From contig CAVPQK010000028.1 of assembly GCA_963707465.1 (NCBI GenBank), positions 33,638 to 97,637 on the forward strand: a DNA stretch of 64,000 nt, written 5' to 3'. The notes under the pieces are model-generated. The model saw only the letters and a list, made by a program, of their open reading frames with translations, was not told where the DNA came from and did no database searches. The first letter of the stretch is position 1. The number at the start of each line of letters is the position of its first letter. This DNA comes from Bryobacterales bacterium. Lineage in GTDB: Bacteria > Acidobacteriota > Terriglobia > Bryobacterales > Bryobacteraceae. The position numbers and the translations under genes are program-made. Of this stretch, positions 37,555 through 46,819 are shown piece by piece.

Positions 37555-37911
37555 CTACGCACTATAGTGAGCCACAACTCTTGTCACTTTGCCGCTCGCC
37601 GATAACTCCATAAACTCCGCGGTGCGTGTCCCCTTTTGATTCGCATAGTAAAGCACGACGCTGCTAAGGCCCCAGAGTACGTCCTCCAGATGAAAGTGGA
37701 GGTCAGGATAAGCTTCCAGCCCTCGCTGAAAGTAGGCTCTCAGGTTTGTCTTGCCGGCCACCTTGCCATCCGCCGTACCCAACAATTGCGCGGCAACTGG
37801 AGAGGTCAGTTCAATTTCGTCGTCATAATGCGCGATGATTGAGTCCAGATCGTGAGCGTTCCAAGCGGCAACCCAATGGTTGGCTAAATTCCAAGCTGCA
37901 TCCCTATTCAT
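37555..37911 (-). CDS. NTF2/SnoaL-like fold protein
   Basis: 118 aa. WVAAWNAHDLDSIIAHYDDEIEL fits the SnoaL-like pattern. Start ATG overlaps the GT1 stop (ATGA). Confidence 0.65.
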   Translation of the reverse strand: MNRDAAWNLANHWVAAWNAHDLDSIIAHYDDEIELTSPVAAQLLGTADGKVAGKTNLRAYFQRGLEAYPDLHFHLEDVLWGLSSVVLYYANQKGTRTAEFMELSASGKVTRVVAHYSA

Positions 37912-39152
37912 TCGCCCTCCTCTTCAGCGGTTCCGGAGACCAACTCGATCAGGCGCCGCGCGGCGATGTCCGCGCCATCGGTGCGCACCGCGGCGGCGAC
38001 GGCGCGGGCACGGGCCGCCACGTCCGGCGCGACGGTGCGGCTGAGCGCTTCGGTCAGGGAGCCGGCGGTGGGCGCGCCGGGGGCGTGGGCGGTTCCTATC
38101 CCGAGGTCGCGAACTCTGGCTGCCCAGTAATGCTGGTCGTACATCTGAGGCACGATGACCTGCGGCGCTCCGGCCTGTGCGGCAACGGTGGTGGTTCCTG
38201 CGCCACCGTGGTGTACGACAGTGGCGACCCGCCTGAAAAGCGCCTGCAGGTTTTCTTCCCCGATGGAAAGGCAGTCGGGCGCGTTGTCCGGCAGTGTCAG
38301 GCCGGCCCACCCACGGGACACGACCGCGCGGCGGCCGACCGCGCGGGCCGCGGTGATCATCGCCTGGCTCACGTCCTGTGGAGCGCGCATGCTGCCGAGG
38401 CCGAAGTAGACGGGTGGCTCGCCGGCGTCGAGGAACGCCTCCAGTTCCACGGAGAGATGCCTCTGGTCCAAGCGAATCCACGCGCCCGTCTGGACCACAT
38501 CCAGGTCCGCGGTCTCGGGCCAGGGCGCCAACGCCGGGTCGGCGGCCAGCCATGGCCGCTCGGTGAAGATGTGGCTCCGCACGTCGGAGACTGGCGCCAA
38601 ACCGGCCGCCGCCCGATGGGAGTTGATAGCCGCGGCCCAGAGGTCGTTCCAGCGTTTCGCGTCCTGAGTCCACAGCGTGCGATTGTCGATTGTGCCGTCC
38701 GCGGGAGGTTGTACCCACGACGGCAATGGGGGCGGCGCATGGTGTGGGGATGGCAGGGTGATCGGGCACCACGCCGCGTAAACGTAGGGGACTGCCATCT
38801 GCTCCGCAACCGAGTGAAGGGCGAATTGAAGCGCCATGCCCGCCACCAGAATGTCACAGCCCCTTGCGGCCGCCGTGATTGCCTCGAACTGGCCGGCGAC
38901 AGTGTCCTCCAGTAATTGACGGAGTTGCTGTGGCGTTGGCGGGGCCTGCGCGGCTGATGGGCTGGGCGTCGCGGTCTGGCGCACCTCGGGTCCGACCGGC
39001 ACGAACGGAATCCCGAGGGTGCCGATCCACTCGCGGAAGTCAGGCGGCGCGCAGATACGGACTTGGTGGCCAAGCTCCCTCAACCGCAATGCCAACGCCA
39101 CCATTGGCTGGACGTCGCCACGAGACCCGATGGTCGACAGCAGCACTCGCAT
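37908..39152 (-). CDS. Family 1 glycosyltransferase (UDP-glycosyltransferase/MGT-GtfB-like)
   Basis: ORF 37908..39224. Start at MRVLLSTIGSRGDVQP (ATG 39152). C-terminal nucleotide-sugar motif VVHHGGAGTT..PQVIVPQMYDQ. Confidence 0.85.
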   Translation of the reverse strand: MRVLLSTIGSRGDVQPMVALALRLRELGHQVRICAPPDFREWIGTLGIPFVPVGPEVRQTATPSPSAAQAPPTPQQLRQLLEDTVAGQFEAITAAARGCDILVAGMALQFALHSVAEQMAVPYVYAAWCPITLPSPHHAPPPLPSWVQPPADGTIDNRTLWTQDAKRWNDLWAAAINSHRAAAGLAPVSDVRSHIFTERPWLAADPALAPWPETADLDVVQTGAWIRLDQRHLSVELEAFLDAGEPPVYFGLGSMRAPQDVSQAMITAARAVGRRAVVSRGWAGLTLPDNAPDCLSIGEENLQALFRRVATVVHHGGAGTTTVAAQAGAPQVIVPQMYDQHYWAARVRDLGIGTAHAPGAPTAGSLTEALSRTVAPDVAARARAVAAAVRTDGADIAARRLIELVSGTAEEEGE

Positions 39153-39269
39153 AGGAGCACCTCTCCGGTAGGAACGTTGTGAAGGATAAGCTGCCTGCAC
39201 CGAAAATCCAGGCCGCATGCCCATGTTAGGCGGATTCGGGCGTGGGAATCAATTTGAAAATTGCTTTTT

Positions 39270-41744
39270 TTACTCGTGCCGCAGCGCCGTCACCGGCTCT
39301 ACCGCCGCTGCCCGGCGCGCGGGGAGGAACGCGGCGAGCAGCCCTGTCAGCGCGACAGCCAGACCCGACAAGCCCAGGACCCTCGGATCGAGCGACGACA
39401 CACCGTGTAGCATGCCTGCCAACAGGCGGTCGCCCGCCAGGGACCCGGCCAAACCAAGGACCAGCCCGGCCGCGACCAGCAGCATAGCCTGCTTCAGTAC
39501 CATGGAGAGCACCGCCTGGCGGCTGGCGCCGAGAGCGATGCGCACGCCGATCTCGCGCGTGCGACGGGTCACCGAGTAGGCCATAACTCCGTAGAGGCCG
39601 ACCGTCGTGAGCAGAAGTGCAATTCCGGCGAAGCAACCGAGCAGCAGCGTGTGGAAGCGCGGCTGGGCGATTTGCGCCGAGAGCAGGTCATCCATGGTGC
39701 GGACCTGAAACACAGGCACCAGCGGGTCGAGCGCGGACACCTGCGCGCGAACGGCCGTTTCGAGAGTGCGCGGCGGGACGGAAGTACGCACCATCATCAC
39801 CGGCGCCTGCCACACAAGCTGCCGGTAAGGAAAGTAGTAGATAGGCTGCGGCTCGGCATCCAGCGCAAACAGCTTGGCACTGCCAACTTCGCCCACGATT
39901 TCGTGGAGGGATTCTTTCGTTTCGCCGGGACCGGTGGCGCCCGGCGTGATGCGCTTGCCGATCACATTCTGGCCGGGGAAGAACTTCTCGGCGAACGCCT
40001 TGTTCACGATGAGGACGCGGGGGGCCTGGGCATCGTCATGCTGGCTGAACAGACGCCCTTCGAGCAGTGGAATGCCCGCCGTGGAGAAGTAGCCGGGGGT
40101 GGCGAAGGCCATGCGCGCGGAAGGACGGTTTGAAGGTCCTTCGGGGCGCTCCTCAATATTGAACGAGACGGTGGCGTTGTCTCCACCCAGCGGCAGAGGC
40201 CACACGCCGGCCGCCGACTGCACGCCGGGCAAAACGCGGACGCGCTCCAGCAATTGATCGTAGAAGACCACCTGCCGCGTGGCGTTATATTGCGCGTCCG
40301 GGAGGTTGAACCAGAAAGTCAGGAGATGGTCGGGCTTGAGGCCGAGATCGCCTTTTTCCAGGTGGAGAAAGCTGGCCATCAACAAGCCGGCGCCGCTTAC
40401 CAGAATCAGGCCCAGCGCCACCTGGACCACCACCAGTGCGCTCCGGGTGCGGTCGTGCTGCCGGGAATTGCCGCGACTGCCCTCGCTCAGCGAACCGGAC
40501 AGATCGGTCCGGGAAGCCTGCAGGGCCGGCGCGATTCCAAAGACGATGCTGGTCAGCAGCGCCAGGATTAGTGAAAACGCAAACACCCGCCCGTCCATGC
40601 CGGCCTGGGCCAGTCGCGGGATGCTGTCGCCACCGGCGCGAAGCACGATACTCAGCGCGTATCCCGCGACGACGGTTCCGGCTGCGCCGCCGAGCACAGC
40701 CAGCAGCGCGCTCTCGGTGAGCAGTTGGCGCAGAACGCGCCTGCGACTGGCGCCCAGCGCCGCGCGCAACGACATTTCACGCCCGCGGGCGACGGTGCGC
40801 GCCAGCAGCAGGTTTGCGATGTTGGCGCAGGCGATCAGGAGCACCAGGCCGACCGCGCCCAGAAGGATGAGCAGCGGTTCGCGAGAGTTGCCCACCAGCG
40901 TTTCCAGAGCAGGCTGCACGAACGCCTGACGGTAGTTGGAATTGCTATCCGGGTACTGTTTCGCGAGCGCCTGCGAGATCGCGTTCAGATCGGCGCCGGC
41001 TTGTTGGATGCGAACTCCAGGCTTGAGCCGCCCGAGGGCGGTCAACAAGTGCGCGCCGCGCTGTGCGGTAATCGGCTCATCACCTGGCGGAGCTTCTTTA
41101 TCTGAAGCGATGGTGATCCAGAGCTGGATGTGGGGCGCATTCACGGGAAATGCGAATCCGGCGGGAGCGACTCCCACGACGGTGAACGGTTTCCGGTCGA
41201 GCGTGATGCTGCGTCCCAAGATGCCGCGGTCCGCTCCGAATTGCCGCTGCCAGAACTCATGGCTCAGCACCACCACGTGCGTGCCGGGCGCCTCCTCGGA
41301 TTCGAGGAAGCCGCGCCCCAACTGGGGTTGGACGCCCAGAGCCGGGAACAGGTCCCAGGTGGCCATTTCGCCGTCAAGCTGCTGCGGTTCTCCGGCGCCG
41401 GTCAGCACGACGTTGGTATCGCGCCCCGTGATCAAGTGCTGGAACGAATGATTCCGTGCGCGCAGATCGAAGAAGTCCGGATACGAAAGCGAGCCGGGGA
41501 CGGGTGCGCCGCGAGTGTTCAGCGCCTTCACCGTGACGAGACCGTCCGGCTCGGCATACGGCAGCGGCTTCAGCAATACCGCGTTCACCACGCTGAAGAC
41601 GGCGGTATTGGCGCCGATGCCCAGTGCGAGGGTAAGCACGGCCGCGGCGGCAAAGCCGGGCGAGTTGCGTAACTGCCGGAAGGCGTAGCGAAGGTCCCGC
41701 GCGAGGATCGACATGCTGTTCCCGGAAGGCATGTTGGGGGCCAA
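39270..41744 (-). CDS. ADOP-type duplicated MacB/FtsX permease
   Basis: 824 aa. N-terminal [45 protein letters not shown]. Two MacB_PCD+FtsX halves, the second ending in ..[19 protein letters not shown]. Confidence 0.85.
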   Translation of the reverse strand: MAPNMPSGNSMSILARDLRYAFRQLRNSPGFAAAAVLTLALGIGANTAVFSVVNAVLLKPLPYAEPDGLVTVKALNTRGAPVPGSLSYPDFFDLRARNHSFQHLITGRDTNVVLTGAGEPQQLDGEMATWDLFPALGVQPQLGRGFLESEEAPGTHVVVLSHEFWQRQFGADRGILGRSITLDRKPFTVVGVAPAGFAFPVNAPHIQLWITIASDKEAPPGDEPITAQRGAHLLTALGRLKPGVRIQQAGADLNAISQALAKQYPDSNSNYRQAFVQPALETLVGNSREPLLILLGAVGLVLLIACANIANLLLARTVARGREMSLRAALGASRRRVLRQLLTESALLAVLGGAAGTVVAGYALSIVLRAGGDSIPRLAQAGMDGRVFAFSLILALLTSIVFGIAPALQASRTDLSGSLSEGSRGNSRQHDRTRSALVVVQVALGLILVSGAGLLMASFLHLEKGDLGLKPDHLLTFWFNLPDAQYNATRQVVFYDQLLERVRVLPGVQSAAGVWPLPLGGDNATVSFNIEERPEGPSNRPSARMAFATPGYFSTAGIPLLEGRLFSQHDDAQAPRVLIVNKAFAEKFFPGQNVIGKRITPGATGPGETKESLHEIVGEVGSAKLFALDAEPQPIYYFPYRQLVWQAPVMMVRTSVPPRTLETAVRAQVSALDPLVPVFQVRTMDDLLSAQIAQPRFHTLLLGCFAGIALLLTTVGLYGVMAYSVTRRTREIGVRIALGASRQAVLSMVLKQAMLLVAAGLVLGLAGSLAGDRLLAGMLHGVSSLDPRVLGLSGLAVALTGLLAAFLPARRAAAVEPVTALRHE

Positions 41745-41853
41745 TGCGGGAGCATTGACCCGTCAGGGGTTAGGGCGGGTGCGGGCGGGCAGGGTTGTCC
41801 GAAATCGGACGAAGATGTTTGCGTGCGGACATGGCGCCGCCCCGGCGGCCGTT

Positions 41854-42597
41854 CTAGAGCGCCAGTTCTTTGCGATACATCATGTCTTGGACGTCGAATT
41901 TGGCCTTGATCTCCAGCTTGCCCAGTTGCGTCGTGAAGCTCACTTCCTTGTCCTGAGCCGTCAACTGCAGCACGTCGTGCGAGAACCCGAATAACAACAC
42001 GTTGGTCTCGAACCCGGCCGATCCCTGCTGCACCGTCCCGGGCTGCGCGGGAGACTTGCCCTTCGGCTCCAGGTAAGTCAGGTTCTTGATGCGGTCGAGC
42101 ACGTCCTGGCTGAGTCCCTTCGCGTCGGAATCGCCGTCATCGGAGTGCTGGCGATCTCCAGTAACAATCGGGATGCCGCTCACGCTAATGACGTAAGAGT
42201 TGGCCAAACCCTCCGGAATCGGAGATTTCAATGCTTCCTGAATCGGTTTGGCGCTGACCCAGCGCACCACGCCGTGGTACTGGATGGGGGCCGGACCACC
42301 CATGCCGCCGCCGCGCCGGCCGCGGCCCATCCCGCCACCGCCCATCCCCCCACCACCGGGGTATCCGACCCCACTGTTGTTGCCGGTGCTGCCCGATTGG
42401 CGCAGCGAGACGCTGACCGGTTTTGCCCACGGCGACTTCGTCTTCATCTTTTCAATTTCATCGCTCGACCACTGCGATGGATCTTTCTTATTCCAGAATT
42501 CCGAATCTCCGGCGTACAGGCGAAACCAGGACTGCGCGCCGGCTCCCGAAGCGAGCATCAGGAGTCCGCGGCGGGTGAAACGGCGTGTTTGAAGCAT
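41854..42597 (-). CDS. Hypothetical secreted protein with Gly/Met-rich low-complexity insert
   Basis: 247 aa. Tat-like RRFTRRGLLMLASGAGA N-terminus. GYPGGGGMGGGGMGRGRRGGGMGG tract. Confidence 0.6.
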   Translation of the reverse strand: MLQTRRFTRRGLLMLASGAGAQSWFRLYAGDSEFWNKKDPSQWSSDEIEKMKTKSPWAKPVSVSLRQSGSTGNNSGVGYPGGGGMGGGGMGRGRRGGGMGGPAPIQYHGVVRWVSAKPIQEALKSPIPEGLANSYVISVSGIPIVTGDRQHSDDGDSDAKGLSQDVLDRIKNLTYLEPKGKSPAQPGTVQQGSAGFETNVLLFGFSHDVLQLTAQDKEVSFTTQLGKLEIKAKFDVQDMMYRKELAL

Positions 42598-42908
42598 AGT
42601 GGTGGTGTCCTAACCTCCGTGAGACGTTATCTGAGGTCCCAAAGGTTGCAGTATTAACGCGCACGTTTCGTTTTTTTTGAGGCCCGATCGCCAAACTGGT
42701 CGACCATGCGGGCGCGCGGACGGTTATCCATCGATATCGCCGGCCGCTAACTGCCGGTGGGCACGGCGCCCCTAGGCTGTACCTTGACCCGTACGCGTGG
42801 TATCCGCTGGGGCGAAGCCCTGTGCGTACAATTTCAGACATGACAACCTTCGTCCACATGCCGAGCGGTAGAAGCATCACGAAGCTTGTTCCAAGGAGGA
42901 AATCGACG

Positions 42909-43097
42909 ATGACGAGTTCTTTGCGCAACCTGTTGACAGACGATCGAGGCCAGGACCTGATCGAATATACGCTGCTGATGGCCTTTGTGGCGCTTGCGTC
43001 CGCTACGCTGTTTGCCGCCGCCGGCACCAGCGTCAGCCTGATCTGGAGCACAACCAACTCTCAGTTGACCGCCGCGGCAGCCAGCGCGGCCAGCTAG
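42909..43097 (+). CDS. flp: Flp/Fap-family type IVb pilin (62 aa)
   Basis: ATG 42909 preceded by AGGAGG. DDRGQDLIEYTLLMAFVALASATLF is the Flp G/x-x-x-x-E-Y processing and hydrophobic motif. Confidence 0.75.
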   Translation: MTSSLRNLLTDDRGQDLIEYTLLMAFVALASATLFAAAGTSVSLIWSTTNSQLTAAAASAAS

Positions 43098-43199
43098 AGG
43101 CTACACACTGCAACGCTTACTCGCCGATCTGCGCCCTGCGCGACGACGTCACCCCGATCACTGGTAAGCTATCGGGGTGAAGGTCTACGAGCGAGAGTC

Positions 43200-46034
43200 A
43201 TGACCAGAATTGCCGACCTGCTGGCCCGCGATTTTTCGAGACCTATCGAAGAGTTCGTCAAGGTCGACAACCACGATCCGGATACTGTCTTCACCGAACT
43301 GACCGAATACATTGCGACGGATCGTATCAAAGCCGAGTACGAGCGCCTGTTTTCCGCGATGGCGGCCGCTTCGAAATCGTCCAGCGAAAACATTGGAGTC
43401 TGGATTTCCGGATTCTTCGGCTCAGGCAAATCCTCCTTCGCGAAGAACCTCGGGTATGTTCTGGCGAACCGCGAAGTACATGGCGCCCCCGCCAGTTCGC
43501 TTTTCCTGAAGCAGGTGGAATCCAAGCGGGTCACCGAGTGCGTGGAGTTCCTCAATGCAGCGGTCCCGTACGAGACCTTCATGTTCGACGTTCAGGTGGA
43601 GCTGCCGGTCGAAATCAAGCCGGAGCAGCTCATTGAAGCCATGTACCGGGTCCTGCTGCGCGATCTTGATTATGCGGAAGACCCCGATATCGCGGAGCTG
43701 GAGATTGAACTCGAAAAAGAGGGCAAGCTGGCGGCGTTTCAGGATCTCTGTCAGGCGGAATACCAGGAAGAGTGGAGAAAGCTCCGCAAAAGCAGCCGGA
43801 AACTTGAAGGCACCAGCGCCTTGCTTCACCGGCTCGATCCCCGAAGTTACCCCGCGACTGACACGTGGTTGAACATGGTTACGGCCCGGCCTTCAAGAAC
43901 CTTGAGTGTCAAAGACCTGGTTGACAGGTCATTCGATCTATGCAACATCCGCCGTCACGGGAAGGCCTTCGCTTTCGTCCTGGACGAAATGGGCCAATTC
44001 GGCGAACGCCTCGGAAACCTGCTCGAAATCGTCGAACGGTTTGGCAGGGAAAGCCGTGAACGGTCGAACGCCGGGAACATCCCGGGGCCCGTGTGGATCA
44101 TCGTTACGGCCCGGCAAGATCTGGAAGAGATCGACAAGTACCTGGTAGCCAACTGCATCGACCTGCCCAAACCACAGGACCGTTTCAGGCACCAGATCGA
44201 CCTATCCTCGGCCGGCATCCGCGAGGTTGTCACCCGCCGCGTGTTGCGCAAGAAGGAGAGCCAGGAGATTATCCTCAGGAAGCTGTTCCGCGAACGCGGT
44301 GCGTCGCTCAATCAGAATGTCAGGTTGGAAAAGAGCTCCCGCCACACGGAGTTCGACGAAGAGCAGTTTGTCCACTCTTATCCTTACCTTCCGCATTTGA
44401 TCGACCTCTCGGTCGACATCATGGCGGGCATGCACGTACAACCCAATGCGTCAAAGTACGTCGACAGCAGCAACCGTTCCATCGTCAAGCAGTCTTTCGA
44501 AATGCTCACGTCGGACCTGACCCGGCTCGCCGATGAGCCCGTCTCCGTCCTCGTGAGCATCGACAAGATCTATGAGCTGGTGGAAGGAAATACTCCCTGG
44601 GAGAAGCGGAAGGACATACTCGACATTCGCCAACGCTACGACGACGACAAAGACTACCCTGGGATGGCATCGCGAGTGGCGAAGGCCATATGCCTCATGG
44701 AGTTTGCCCAGACGGACCTGCCGCGCACGACGAAGAACATCGCCGCATTGCTGGTCCAGCGTGTCACGGAGGCCCCACCCGCACTTGCGGTTGCGGGGAT
44801 CCTCGATCACCTGAAAGGGGCGCAGTATGTCCACGAGACCAAGGCCGGATGGAAGCTCTATGATTTCGATGAACTGCGTCGCACGGCGGCCGCCCTGGGA
44901 TGGCTGGGCAGATGGGTGGGAGGAGTCACTCCCCGGAAGCCGGGGTGGCAGAGCGGACTGATCCAATGGGTGAAGAAGCTGCTGGCTCGCTCGTTGAATT
45001 GGTATACGTGGCCATTGCGCCAATTCCATGACTCAGTAAGTCAATCGCTCCAGGAAACAATCGGCGCCCTTGACCACCTATCGATGAACATGGTTGCCCT
45101 GGACCGCCATTCCATGAACATGGTGGCCCACGAGCGCAATCCGACCGATAGATTCGCGCCTCAGTTGTTGGACCACCTTTCCATGAATAGAGTCGCGCTG
45201 GACCGCCTGTCGATGGACATGATTGCCCTTGAAGCGCGGCTGGCGCGGGTGGAGAAGACCAGGGCCAGGATGGAAACGGACTGGGACCAGGAGAAAACGG
45301 CTTACATTATCGGACTCTTTGGCACCGGACGCCGGTATATCAATGAACTGATGCTCGAGCACATTGGAGAGAGGGCGAAATATTTTAGGGATACGATCGC
45401 CTTGCATCCAGGTCCGACACCGATGATCTACAGCGGCCATGCCACGGTGAGGCATCTGTCTCGCGCGCAAGAGCCGCCGGCTGTAATGGGCCGTATCTTA
45501 GAAGCGGTCAGCTCCGGATTCGCCACTGTGATTTTCGTCTATCGTCACCCTCTCGATTCGTTGTTGACGAATTGGATTTGGTGGCGGACATACATTCGCG
45601 AGAACGTCTTGATTTCTGGAATCTCGCAGGTTTATCAGAACACGGACGATCTATGTGCCGAGTTGGAGCGGAACTTTCTCGACTTCAAAGCCTTTGCCGA
45701 AGGCGACCCCGATTTTTTTGCGGGCATGCCAGGCCCGCCATTTCTGTCTTTTAGGCAGTTTGTCGAGGAAACCGATCTTCATTTCCAAGCCGCCCCGCTC
45801 ACGTTGCGCCTGGAGGACTTCATGATCGATCCTTGCCAAGAGTTTTCCAAGATCGCCGAACTCATGTCAGTCCCTCTCGAGCGGAGCCGCTTACGTATTG
45901 TCCCCCCGAAAACCAAGCCCTATGGCTATTTGGCTGTTAAAGACAAAGTCCCTCAATTCAGAGACTTTATTGACGGGCTGAATGCGGAGACAAAAGGGCG
46001 GATTGAGAAGCTCGGCTATGATATGACTGTGTAA
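43200..46034 (+). CDS. Fusion protein: BrxC/PglY-like P-loop ATPase region + decapeptide-repeat linker + sulfotransferase-like C-terminal domain
   Basis: 944 aa. The N-terminus (IADLLARDFSRPIEEFVKVD...TEYIATDRI...GVWISGFFGSGKSSFAKNLGYVL) matches my recollection of the BREX BrxC N-terminus and Walker A. Walker B-like AFAFVLDEMGQF. C-terminal ~250 aa carry IIGLFGTGRRY (5'-PSB-like loop) and VYRHPLDSLLT (R-x-P-x-D-x-x-x-S/T, 3'-PB-like), as in PAPS-dependent sulfotransferases. Confidence 0.7.
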   Translation: MTRIADLLARDFSRPIEEFVKVDNHDPDTVFTELTEYIATDRIKAEYERLFSAMAAASKSSSENIGVWISGFFGSGKSSFAKNLGYVLANREVHGAPASSLFLKQVESKRVTECVEFLNAAVPYETFMFDVQVELPVEIKPEQLIEAMYRVLLRDLDYAEDPDIAELEIELEKEGKLAAFQDLCQAEYQEEWRKLRKSSRKLEGTSALLHRLDPRSYPATDTWLNMVTARPSRTLSVKDLVDRSFDLCNIRRHGKAFAFVLDEMGQFGERLGNLLEIVERFGRESRERSNAGNIPGPVWIIVTARQDLEEIDKYLVANCIDLPKPQDRFRHQIDLSSAGIREVVTRRVLRKKESQEIILRKLFRERGASLNQNVRLEKSSRHTEFDEEQFVHSYPYLPHLIDLSVDIMAGMHVQPNASKYVDSSNRSIVKQSFEMLTSDLTRLADEPVSVLVSIDKIYELVEGNTPWEKRKDILDIRQRYDDDKDYPGMASRVAKAICLMEFAQTDLPRTTKNIAALLVQRVTEAPPALAVAGILDHLKGAQYVHETKAGWKLYDFDELRRTAAALGWLGRWVGGVTPRKPGWQSGLIQWVKKLLARSLNWYTWPLRQFHDSVSQSLQETIGALDHLSMNMVALDRHSMNMVAHERNPTDRFAPQLLDHLSMNRVALDRLSMDMIALEARLARVEKTRARMETDWDQEKTAYIIGLFGTGRRYINELMLEHIGERAKYFRDTIALHPGPTPMIYSGHATVRHLSRAQEPPAVMGRILEAVSSGFATVIFVYRHPLDSLLTNWIWWRTYIRENVLISGISQVYQNTDDLCAELERNFLDFKAFAEGDPDFFAGMPGPPFLSFRQFVEETDLHFQAAPLTLRLEDFMIDPCQEFSKIAELMSVPLERSRLRIVPPKTKPYGYLAVKDKVPQFRDFIDGLNAETKGRIEKLGYDMTV
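45069..45227 (+). repeat. In-frame 30-nt (decapeptide) repeats inside the BrxC-like fusion gene
   Basis: LDHLSMNMVA (45069..45098), LDRHSMNMVA (45099..45128), 13-aa spacer, LDHLSMNRVA (45168..45197), LDRLSMDMIA (45198..45227). Visible at the nucleotide level (ctKgaccRcc..tcSatgRa..). Confidence 0.9.
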
Positions 46035-46038
46035 GCGC

Positions 46039-46806
46039 CTATGCGCGCCGCGCCGCCCACGCGCGAGTCGTATAGATTGTCTCGATGGCCGTCAGACCGG
46101 CAATGCGCTTCTCGGCGAAATCCAGGAAGTCGCGGAAGAGTTCCGCACCTAATTGCACCTGGAGATCGTTTACCGAGCGCCACGCGCCGATATACTGCTC
46201 GGGAGTTTGGCGCACGCTGTGTCTGCCTTCGAGGTACAGAACGTCGGTGAATTGCGGCTTGGCGCTCAACAACTCGGTCAGCCGCTCGGTAATGCCGGAG
46301 CGGCCCGACGATACACGGCGGACGTCAGGCTTGAGCCGCGCGATCTGCGCCTCGATTTCGACCAGCACCGGGTTGGCTTCGATGAAGCGCGGATTCCACA
46401 GGGCCACAAATGCCCCGCCCGGCCGCAGGATGCGATGGAACTCGGCGCACGCTTTGTCGAAATCGGCCCAGTGAAGCGACGAAGCCATGCTCACCAGATC
46501 GGTTGAGCCGTCCGGCAATCCGGTGGCTTCCGCCGAACCTTTGCGCCAAACAATATCCGTCCCGCGCGACGCCGCGATGCCTTGCTCGCGCATGTCGTCA
46601 TTAGGTTCCACGGCGACGACTGAATGCAAGCCGCGGGCCGCGAGCATGCGCGTCCAAATGCCCGTGCCGGCGCCGACGTCGGCGGCATCGAGGCTGGCGG
46701 CATCGCGCCCGGCATAGCTCAGGATCGCGTTCGCGACCTGCGGCGCATATCCCGGCCGGAACTTAGCGTAGTCCCCTGCCAACCCTGTGAAATCTCCGTG
46801 TTTCAT
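46039..46806 (-). CDS. Class I SAM-dependent methyltransferase
   Basis: ORF 46039..46932. Start at ATG 46806 (MKHGDFTGLAGDYAKFRPGY), 13 nt after the upstream stop. Motif I DVGAGTGIWT. Post-I VVAVEPNDDM. Confidence 0.85.
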   Translation of the reverse strand: MKHGDFTGLAGDYAKFRPGYAPQVANAILSYAGRDAASLDAADVGAGTGIWTRMLAARGLHSVVAVEPNDDMREQGIAASRGTDIVWRKGSAEATGLPDGSTDLVSMASSLHWADFDKACAEFHRILRPGGAFVALWNPRFIEANPVLVEIEAQIARLKPDVRRVSSGRSGITERLTELLSAKPQFTDVLYLEGRHSVRQTPEQYIGAWRSVNDLQVQLGAELFRDFLDFAEKRIAGLTAIETIYTTRAWAARRA

Positions 46807-46819
46807 GGCTGTTTCATCG

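Noticed and set aside
43200-46034. Calling this a BREX system
   Set aside because: Only a BrxC-like region is present. No PglX, PglZ, BrxA, BrxB, BrxL or related genes lie within the 64 kb, so it is reported as a BrxC-like fusion and not as BREX.
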